From Candidatus Bathyarchaeia archaeon (GTDB taxonomy: Archaea; Thermoproteota; Bathyarchaeia; Bathyarchaeales; Bathycorpusculaceae), in contig JBEKKX010000027.1 of assembly GCA_050010515.1 (NCBI GenBank), forward strand, positions 1 through 32,131: DNA of 32,131 nt, written 5' to 3'. The position numbers and the translations under genes are program-made. Positions 8,630 to 16,118 of this stretch are shown here, in pieces (position 1 is the first letter of the stretch; each line of letters begins with the position of its first letter). The notes beneath the pieces were generated by a model. It had not been told where the DNA came from. It ran no database searches and saw nothing but the letters and a program-made list of their open reading frames with translations.

Positions 8630-9872
8630 GAAGCTTATGACCTTTGATGAGGCGCAAAAAGCGATTGAAGACCAGTTTAAACCTGCTGTTTTAGGTGAAG
8701 AAGAAGCCGTGCTGCTTGAAGCTTACAATCGTGTTCTAAGTGAAGACGTAGTTTCAACGCTTGATATTCCACCTTTTAACCGTTCAACCGTTGACGGGTA
8801 CGCTGTTAGAGCCGAGGACACTTTTGGAGCAGAAGAAAATCAACCTGTAACCTTGAAAGTTTGTGGTATCGTGAACGTTGGTGAGCAGCCGAAAGTGGTT
8901 TTGGCGAAGGGTGAAGCTGTTGAGATTGTTACTGGCGCTCCGATTCCTGAAGGCGCAGACGCAGCAGTTATGGTTGAAGACACGGAAAGAGAAGATGTCG
9001 AGTTGCATGTTTTCAGCGCTGTCACCGTGAATGAGAATGTTATGAAGAGGGGCTCAGACATAAAGAGTGGCGAAGTGGTGCTTAGAAAAGGCCAAGTTCT
9101 GGGGTCTTCAGAGATTGGTGTTTTAGCTGCTTTGGGTTTGACTACAGCTAAAGTTTCCAAAATACCCATAGTTGCGGTTTTGTCTACAGGTGGTGAAGTG
9201 ACTGAGCCTGGTAAGGTTTTGCCTGCGGGAAAAATCTATGACATTAACGCTTACAGCCTAAGCACAGCAGTAATTGAAAGCGGTGCAAAACCAGTTTACT
9301 TCGGCGTTGTTCCAGATGACAAAGCTGCCTTGTCTAAGGCTTTGCAGACTGCTTTAGCTTCAGCGGATATGGTGATTACTTCTGGCGGCGTCTCTGTTGG
9401 TCCAAGGGATTATACTCCGCAAATCGTGGATTCGCTTGGTAAGCCTGGAATAGTTGTTTACGGTATTGCAGTTAAGCCGGGGAAACCTACGACTGTTGGG
9501 TTTGTGGGGGAAAAGCCTGTTTTTTCGTTACCTGGTCATCCCACGTCTGCTTTGCTGATTTTTTATTTGCTTGCTAGGCCTTTGATTCAGCGGTTGGCCG
9601 GTAGACCTGTGACTGGGATGAAAATGGTTAGGGCTGTTGCTGGCGCACGAATGTTTAGTGCTAAAGGTAGACGAACCTTTGTCATGGTTAAATTAGAATT
9701 TGATAAAGATTGCCGGTTGATTGCTGAACCTGTGGAAACTGGCGCTTCTGGCGCAATCACTACTTTGGCTAAAGCTGACGGATTTGTTGAGATCCCTGAG
9801 AATGAGCAGTTCTTGGATATGGATGAAGAGGTCGCTGTTGTGCTATTCCGAAATGTTTCAGGTAAGGTTTAG
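8622..9872 (+). CDS. moeA: Molybdopterin molybdotransferase MoeA (copy 2)
   Basis: PPFNRSTVDGYAV, TGAPIPEGADA, SGGVSVG, KPGKPT, LPGHP. Overlaps the end of copy 1, with GGAGG SD at 8608-8612. Confidence 0.95.
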   Translation: MFRKLMTFDEAQKAIEDQFKPAVLGEEEAVLLEAYNRVLSEDVVSTLDIPPFNRSTVDGYAVRAEDTFGAEENQPVTLKVCGIVNVGEQPKVVLAKGEAVEIVTGAPIPEGADAAVMVEDTEREDVELHVFSAVTVNENVMKRGSDIKSGEVVLRKGQVLGSSEIGVLAALGLTTAKVSKIPIVAVLSTGGEVTEPGKVLPAGKIYDINAYSLSTAVIESGAKPVYFGVVPDDKAALSKALQTALASADMVITSGGVSVGPRDYTPQIVDSLGKPGIVVYGIAVKPGKPTTVGFVGEKPVFSLPGHPTSALLIFYLLARPLIQRLAGRPVTGMKMVRAVAGARMFSAKGRRTFVMVKLEFDKDCRLIAEPVETGASGAITTLAKADGFVEIPENEQFLDMDEEVAVVLFRNVSGKV

Positions 9873-9950
9873 AATTTAAGCCAAAAAAATTAGTTGCCTT
9901 TGCGAAATTAAAAAAAAATTAAAAATTGCTTCCAAAAAGTTGGTTACAAT

Positions 9951-10307
9951 TTATTTTCTCTTTAACAACAAAAGGTATATTGCGAATACCCACGTGAGCA
10001 CTGCATAAACAGTCATGCTTATGCCTATTAGTAGATTGCTGAATCCTGCGACGGCTAAGGTGTAGATTGTAAAGGTTGATGCTCCAGCAAATAAGACGAA
10101 TAACAGCCATGGCGCCCAAGCTCTCTTTGTAAAGATGCCATAATCTGTTATTAAGCTGAGGACGCCGAGTAAAGCAAGCTGCGGCGGAAAACCAGTAAAG
10201 GGCAGAAATACCAAAAGGATTATTCCACTGATGGCATAGAAGGCTAATGCTGCCAATTCTATGCGGTTGAAACTTTTTAGTCTAGACGCTAATGATGCTA
10301 AAGACAC
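9951..10307 (-). CDS. Small integral membrane protein (about 4 TM helices), unknown function
   Basis: Four hydrophobic segments and a basic C-terminus (KRK). Confidence 0.75.
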   Translation of the reverse strand: MSLASLASRLKSFNRIELAALAFYAISGIILLVFLPFTGFPPQLALLGVLSLITDYGIFTKRAWAPWLLFVLFAGASTFTIYTLAVAGFSNLLIGISMTVYAVLTWVFAIYLLLLKRK

Positions 10308-10530
10308 TTTGTGCTCGCCTTTACCCTATGCAGTAGAGGTTTAATTAATAAATTTTTGGAGTGCAGCTCCAGTAATCTAAATAAAACTTAGGGAAAATGA
10401 CACCTAATGACTTCCAGATGGACAATCCTAAAGTTGTAAACATTCTTATCGTGTAGCCGCATTAAGTGGAACTGCCTAAAAGATTTTTGAACATCGGAAA
10501 ATTGATTAAAATTAAAACAATTTAGTTTTT

Positions 10531-11058
10531 TCAAAGTGAACTCAGTATTAATCCCATGTTAATGACATCATGGTAATTGCCGTCGCGACCATAGAAATTG
10601 TCTTTGCTTATCCCTTCAATCTGGAAACCACATTTCTCATAGAGATGTAATGCAATCTTGTTTTCCGCTACGACTTTTAACTCTATTCTATGCATTTTTT
10701 CTTTTTTTGCGAGTTTAAGAAGTTTTTTGGTCATTGCAGTTCCCAAACCGACATTTTGGAAATCGTCATGCAAATAAACAGCGAGGTCTCCTGTTCCCTT
10801 CCTGCGTTCATGAGGAAACTTGTGGATGACTGCATGACCGACAATCTTGCCTTGGTATTCCGACACAAGCGGAATCAAGTTTGGAAGGTCGTTCATCCAT
10901 CCTTCTATACGGTCTTTAGTATAAGGAGCCATACTCCATTCAAGAGCCTTCTCGGACATTGAGGAAAACATCAGAAAAAGGTTATTTGCATCATCAATTC
11001 TACGGAATCGAAGCGTGACCTCTTTACCGTTTTTCAGTTTCGCCTTCCACATCGGCAT
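10531..11058 (-). CDS. GNAT family N-acetyltransferase
   Basis: FQNVGLGTAM, N..ALHLYEKCGF.IEG, G.YHDV..M. ATG 11058 follows a GGTGA SD. Confidence 0.9.
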   Translation of the reverse strand: MPMWKAKLKNGKEVTLRFRRIDDANNLFLMFSSMSEKALEWSMAPYTKDRIEGWMNDLPNLIPLVSEYQGKIVGHAVIHKFPHERRKGTGDLAVYLHDDFQNVGLGTAMTKKLLKLAKKEKMHRIELKVVAENKIALHLYEKCGFQIEGISKDNFYGRDGNYHDVINMGLILSSL

Positions 11059-11210
11059 CGCTTTCACCTTTTCTAATACAATCTGAGATTTTTGACTATC
11101 GGAAAAGCGCTTAAAAAGAGTTGCAGAAAAGAGTTTATTATGCATCTTAGTTGAGCGAAAAAGTTTAGAGTAAGCTTAAGTGAATACCAAGAAGAGGATT
11201 GAAATTACCT

Positions 11211-12110
11211 ATGAGTTATCTTGAATTGTTCACTTCGCAAACTAACGTTTTCAGCGGTTTGCAGAAGCCGTTTGAGGAAGCGAAATACGTGATTTTTGGT
11301 GTCCCATTTGATGCGACAAGCACTTATCGGACGGGTGCAAGGTTTGGTCCAAACGCGATTAGGCAGGCATCTTTGAATATTGAAACGTACAGTTTCCGCA
11401 GCAAAATTGACCTTGAGGATTTAGCTTTGCATGATGCCGGAGACCTGCATGTTTCACCTGACGCTCAGAAAACGGTCGATATGACTAGGCTTGTGGTTGA
11501 GGATATTTTGGCGGCTGGAAAAATGCCTGTAGTTTTAGGCGGAGAACACACGATTACGCTTGGGATTGCCAAGGGATTGGGCGCTAGGGCAGCGAAAACA
11601 GCAATTGTAAGTTTTGATGCCCATTTGGATTTGCGATGCGAATTTTTAGGTTCAACACTGTCCCACACGACGTTTATGCAGCTAATAAGTGCGGAAGTGA
11701 AGCCCGCGAAAATCGTTGAGGTTGGCACCCGCTCAGCATGCAAGAAAGAGTTGGCTTATGCCAAGAAGGCTGGGGTGGAGTTTTTTACTTCTCAGCAAAT
11801 AATCAAGCAAGGCTCAGATCGGATTGCTGAACAGTTGAAACAGAAACTTCTACCTTACGAGAACGTGTACTTAACGGTGGATATGGATGTGCTTGACCCG
11901 GCGTTTGCTCCTGCAGTGCAGAACCCTGAGCCTGAAGGAATCACCACAACCGCCCTGCTAGACATTGCCTGTGCCTTGTGCGATAAACGCGTGATTGGCT
12001 TTGACGTGCTGGAAATTGCGCCAATTTACGACCAAGGCGTATCAGCAGTCGTTGCAGCAAAAGTAATCTTCGAGATGCTGTGCCAACTGGAAAAATCAAG
12101 AAAAAAATAG
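11211..12110 (+). CDS. speB: Agmatinase (ureohydrolase family)
   Basis: GARFGPNAIR, GGEHTIT, DAHLD, DMDVLDP metal-binding motifs, plus PEPEG. Confidence 0.93.
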   Translation: MSYLELFTSQTNVFSGLQKPFEEAKYVIFGVPFDATSTYRTGARFGPNAIRQASLNIETYSFRSKIDLEDLALHDAGDLHVSPDAQKTVDMTRLVVEDILAAGKMPVVLGGEHTITLGIAKGLGARAAKTAIVSFDAHLDLRCEFLGSTLSHTTFMQLISAEVKPAKIVEVGTRSACKKELAYAKKAGVEFFTSQQIIKQGSDRIAEQLKQKLLPYENVYLTVDMDVLDPAFAPAVQNPEPEGITTTALLDIACALCDKRVIGFDVLEIAPIYDQGVSAVVAAKVIFEMLCQLEKSRKK

Positions 12111-12337
12111 CTTAGGTTCTAACAATCGAGATAGTTTATACCTCATTTAAAGCATGGTGATTCGCCATCCTCACGCTTTAGCATTTTTAGGATCCTGCAT
12201 TCTTTCATTTTTTGTGATTGACTTTTCAGTTGATTAAAAGCAAAATTTCTGAGCGACTATTTTGATTGCATTATTTCGTTTTGACTTAATTCTTATATGT
12301 AAGGAAAACATTACCTATTATAAGAGCGCGAAGTATC

Positions 12338-12709
12338 ATGTCTGATGATCTAAAGTTTCATCTCAGGGCTGCCCAAGAAAAAAGGTTAGCGGCTTTGGAC
12401 GAGTACGCGAAGAAGAGAAACAGCGTAGTAGGCGATTTAGCCATCAAGGCTGTTGAACAGGCGATTGAAGTTCTGGCTGCATCTGAGGGAAAACACTTCC
12501 ATATAACACCAAGGAGTGCACATAGCAACAGAATCCGTTGGATAAAAGAAAAGTTTCCTTCTTTATCTAAGGATTTAGACGAGCTATGGGGAGCTTATGG
12601 CGCTTTAGGTTATGAGGGTCTCAATGGAGAAAGAGCCCAGAAAGCTATCTCTGCAATGGAGCGTGTTTTTGATGAGATTGAAAGAGCAGCAAAAGTTAGA
12701 CTTAAATAA
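12338..12709 (+). CDS. HEPN-like helical protein (partner of the adjacent MNT)
   Basis: Helical-looking 123 aa with AVEQAIE and H..R..W. Overlaps a nucleotidyltransferase gene. No canonical Rx4-6H near the C-terminus. Confidence 0.6.
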   Translation: MSDDLKFHLRAAQEKRLAALDEYAKKRNSVVGDLAIKAVEQAIEVLAASEGKHFHITPRSAHSNRIRWIKEKFPSLSKDLDELWGAYGALGYEGLNGERAQKAISAMERVFDEIERAAKVRLK

Positions 12710-13331
12710 AATCGTTAGTTCAGTGTCGAAAATTCAGAGTGTTGTAGGCATTGTTCTCTTTGGTAGTCAAGCAAGAGGAGATTATGATGAGTTTTCCGAT
12801 TATGACCTCTTAATACTGTTTGAAAATAAACCTCTGATGTGGGAAAATTGGGACGAACTTTTCCAAGTCGTTGGAAGTCTAAACATAAATTTGCATGCGA
12901 TTCCAGAAACACTTGAAGAACTTAAGAACGCTAACCCAGTCTTTTTAGATGAACTATTTAGATATGGAAAAGTGCTTTTTGCCAAAATGCCCTTAGAAGT
13001 TTACCTCCAGCCCTTAAACTTGAAATCTTTCTCCTTAATCACGTATGACATGCGAAACGTGAATTACGCAGACAAAATGAAGGCTTCATATTTCCTTTAT
13101 TCCAAGGGAGGTGCAGGCGCTGTAGCGAAGGCTGGGGGAACCAAAATCAGCGACGGCTGTATAATTGTTCCAAGCGATATGGCTGACGAAATAATCTTGG
13201 TCTTAACTTCTCTCGGTATTCAAACTATAAAGACAGAAATTTTCATAAATCCAGACGTGCCCAAGTCATGGCCAACTCAAAACAGAATTCAGGCTTCCAA
13301 GGTTCAAACTGAGAATCCTCAACATGGCTAA
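12672..13331 (+). CDS. Minimal nucleotidyltransferase (MNT) with an extra C-terminal domain
   Basis: LFGSQARGDYDEFSDYDL is the GS-x10-DxD Pol-beta superfamily motif. The MNT domain ends near GKVLF and a second domain starts at LITYD. Likely start is ATG 12672. Confidence 0.88.
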   Translation: MRLKEQQKLDLNKIVSSVSKIQSVVGIVLFGSQARGDYDEFSDYDLLILFENKPLMWENWDELFQVVGSLNINLHAIPETLEELKNANPVFLDELFRYGKVLFAKMPLEVYLQPLNLKSFSLITYDMRNVNYADKMKASYFLYSKGGAGAVAKAGGTKISDGCIIVPSDMADEIILVLTSLGIQTIKTEIFINPDVPKSWPTQNRIQASKVQTENPQHG

Positions 13332-13479
13332 ATCGCTCGCTTTTGTAAAAATAAGCTCGAAACAGCCTTTTCGGAAAAGCGGGGAGGTACTTTTTAGCGA
13401 GATCCAACCCCATAAATACGCATTATCGGGGCTGATAGGACGTTTTGAATTCATATATTATATCGCCGCATAGTAATTA

Positions 13480-14079
13480 ATGCTGAAGGCTAGTGTTTTG
13501 GCTAAAGAATCAGAATTAACTGTCTTCACAATAGGGCACTCAACAAGGACCTTAGACGAGTTCATCGTGTTGCTCAAAACTTACGGCGTCACCTTGGTTG
13601 TGGATGTGCGCACTGTTCCCCGCAGCAGACATAACCCACAGTTTAACAGGGAAACCCTGCCAAACACACTTAAACCCTGCGGCATAAAATACATCCACAT
13701 GCCAGACATCGGCGGCTTACGCAGACCAAAACACGACTCCATAAACTTGGCATGGCGCAACAGCGGCTTCCGCGGCTACGCGGACTACATGCAGACCAAA
13801 GAGTTCACAGATAACCTGCTAAAAATCATCGCCCTCGCACGGGAGAACTGTTTAGCTTTGATGTGTGCTGAAGCGTTGCCTTGGCGGTGCCACCGAAGCC
13901 TCATCTCCGACGCACTCGCGGTGCGGCACGTAAAAGTTGAACATATCATAAGCGCAACCAGCTGCCTCAACCATCAGCTAAACGAAATGGCACAGGTGGA
14001 AGGAACAAAAATAACCTACCCCTTATTCACTAAAGAAACGCCTCAAAGAACACTTGGCGACTTTGGAACCTTTACTTAG
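13480..14079 (+). CDS. DUF488 family protein
   Basis: TIGHSTR, DVRTVPRS, GGLR, MCAEALPWRCHRSLI. Confidence 0.9.
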   Translation: MLKASVLAKESELTVFTIGHSTRTLDEFIVLLKTYGVTLVVDVRTVPRSRHNPQFNRETLPNTLKPCGIKYIHMPDIGGLRRPKHDSINLAWRNSGFRGYADYMQTKEFTDNLLKIIALARENCLALMCAEALPWRCHRSLISDALAVRHVKVEHIISATSCLNHQLNEMAQVEGTKITYPLFTKETPQRTLGDFGTFT

Positions 14080-14092
14080 CTTTCTCGTTGCC

Positions 14093-15439
14093 TTATTCTT
14101 TCTGAAGCTTTGCTATGAAGAAGCCGTTGCAATGGTGAAGTTGCGGATAAAGCCGTTGACATTTTATTAATCCTCGCAGCCCAGGCAAGCCAATTTTCGG
14201 CACTATTTCCACCAATGAGAATTCAGGATGCCACTTCAAAAACCGCTCAATTATCATCTCGTTCTCTTCCACAGTTATGCTGCAAGTAGAGTAAGTTAAT
14301 GCCCCGCCAGCTGCGACTTTTTCGGCACAGCTGTTAATCATTTTCCACTGGATTGCCGCCATTTTCTCAATTGACTTTGGCCTTAGGCGCCATTTTGCTG
14401 AAGGCTGCTTGGCGAAGACACCTGTGCTTGTGCATGGCGGATCCAAAACCACCAAGTCAGCTTGCGTATTGAAAGGCAAAGTGGCGCATGCATCAGCTAT
14501 TACTGGCTCAGCAATACTGGCTCCCATGCGCACCGTTTCTTTTTTCCACACTTTCATTCTTCTATTTGAGAAATCAACCGAGCCTATGCTGCCTTCGTTA
14601 TGCATTAGCTGAGCCAAATACGTTGTTTTGGCGCCGGGTGCAGCGCAAACGTCAAAAACCACGCTGCCGGGCTTGGGGTCTGCGGCTTCTGTAGCGAAGC
14701 AGCTTGCTTTATCTTGGATGTAAAATAAGCCTTCTTTGTAGCTGGGTAGTGTGTTTAACGGCTTTTTCATTTCGCCGATTTTGTAGGTGTATTTTAACGG
14801 TTCAGCCTTTTCTATTTTAACGCCTTCTACCTCAAGTTTTTGCGCAATTTGTTCTTCTGTTGCCGCCAGCGTGTTCACTCGGATGTAGGTGGGCGGCGGG
14901 TTTACGCTTCCCTCCAAGAAGGCAACTGCTTCATTGCGCCCAAAAAGCCTGTAACAATACCTTACAAACCATGAAGGATGAAAGGTTTGCAGGCTAACTT
15001 TCTCTACATCGCTTGCCGCCTTCAGGATTGGCTCCAGCTGGCGCGTAAGCAAAAAGCCCAAAATCGGCTCAACTTCCCGCACGGTCTCCCAGCCCAAAAT
15101 GGACCTGCCAAGGCTCGCGATGCTTTCGGCTTCTTGCAAGTTAATTTTACCCCAGTTCTTGGCAACACGCGTCTGATAAACATAAAGCCGCAGAAAAGAT
15201 TGAATTCCCAAATTGTACTCGCCAATTTTCTTGGGCACAGCTACAGTGTTGACGAATTTGTCTATTAGGTTTCTGCGCCGTGTAGTCTCAACCACTAAAC
15301 CGTAAGCAAAGCGAATAGCGTTCGGGTCGCTTGCACCAAGCTGCTTGATTGTTCTTGCCAGGGCTAAGCGTTCGCTTAGTTTTTGCATCTCCATCCAGCT
15401 CAGGGTTTCGATAGCGACTGTCCAAGCATCCTTTAGCAA
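14093..15439 (-). CDS. RsmB/NOP-family RNA cytosine-C5 methyltransferase with NusB-like N-terminus
   Basis: IRVNTL, YIQDKAS, DVCAAPGAKT, DPPCT, YSTCS, EENE, GFFIAKL. Confidence 0.93.
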   Translation of the reverse strand: MLKDAWTVAIETLSWMEMQKLSERLALARTIKQLGASDPNAIRFAYGLVVETTRRRNLIDKFVNTVAVPKKIGEYNLGIQSFLRLYVYQTRVAKNWGKINLQEAESIASLGRSILGWETVREVEPILGFLLTRQLEPILKAASDVEKVSLQTFHPSWFVRYCYRLFGRNEAVAFLEGSVNPPPTYIRVNTLAATEEQIAQKLEVEGVKIEKAEPLKYTYKIGEMKKPLNTLPSYKEGLFYIQDKASCFATEAADPKPGSVVFDVCAAPGAKTTYLAQLMHNEGSIGSVDFSNRRMKVWKKETVRMGASIAEPVIADACATLPFNTQADLVVLDPPCTSTGVFAKQPSAKWRLRPKSIEKMAAIQWKMINSCAEKVAAGGALTYSTCSITVEENEMIIERFLKWHPEFSLVEIVPKIGLPGLRGLIKCQRLYPQLHHCNGFFIAKLQKE

Positions 15440-15598
15440 ATTAGTCCCACATCTAAAGACAAGGATGCAACGCTTCTAAATAAGAATTCAAAACGCCGCT
15501 GTTACTGCATATGGACAGCCACATATCTTTAAGAATTATTCATTCATGTTAATCCATCTGTGTTCTAAAACTGAGCTCCAAAAACGGAGGTGACATGT

Positions 15599-15742
15599 TT
15601 GTCAAGAAGGCGAAATGAAGAAATGAAAAACATGGGGAAAGGCAAAATGACCGTAAGCGAAGCAGGTAGAAGAGGCGGCGCAAGGGGCGGTCCAAGAGTC
15701 CGTGAACTCATAAGAGAAGGAAAAGAACATGAAAACGAGTAA
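15599..15742 (+). CDS. Small KGG/GsiB/Em-like general stress protein (47 aa, absent from ORF track)
   Basis: Strong SD GGAGGTGA at 15586-15593, then TTG: MSRRRNEEMKNMGKGKMTVSEAGRRGGARGGPRVRELIREGKEHENE. MTVSEAGRRGG and GG.RVRELI.EGK match this family. Confidence 0.85.
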   Translation: MSRRRNEEMKNMGKGKMTVSEAGRRGGARGGPRVRELIREGKEHENE

Positions 15743-15821
15743 ACAAGTGTGTAACAAATTGTCTGCACAAATTAGTTTATGTTACTTTTTTCCTTTTTTC
15801 TTAGTCATGAGAGATGAGTTA

Positions 15822-15959
15822 ATGAGTCAAGTGATTAAGCGCAGAAGTACCCCTGAAACCAAAGCGGGGCAATACATGTGTCCTGAGTGTGGTCAAATCT
15901 TCGATACCAAAAAAGAAGTCGATAGCCACCTCAATATGATGCATGAACCTCACCTTTGA
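15822..15959 (+). CDS. Small C2H2-type zinc finger protein (45 aa)
   Basis: YMCPECGQIFDTKKEVDSHLNMMH fits Y-x-C-x2-C-x3-F-x8-H-x4-H. Confidence 0.8.
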   Translation: MSQVIKRRSTPETKAGQYMCPECGQIFDTKKEVDSHLNMMHEPHL

Positions 15960-16118
15960 CCGGTACATGGAAAATTGCATCAGGATTAAACTTTATTTTA
16001 CGGTTTTCTGTTTATATGCATGTTATTTTGACCCCTATAATCTAAAGGTAAATCAGTAGTTTTTAGTAAGTAAAGATTTTAGTCTCCATGTACCATAAAG
16101 AGGCTAAGGTCAAAGGGG

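Noticed and set aside
7382-9872. Tandem moeA duplication as unusual
   Set aside because: Two divergent MoeA paralogues are common in archaea that use Mo/W cofactors.
15565-15768. 67-aa minus-strand ORF
   Set aside because: Antisense shadow of the KGG-type stress protein, which has a strong SD.
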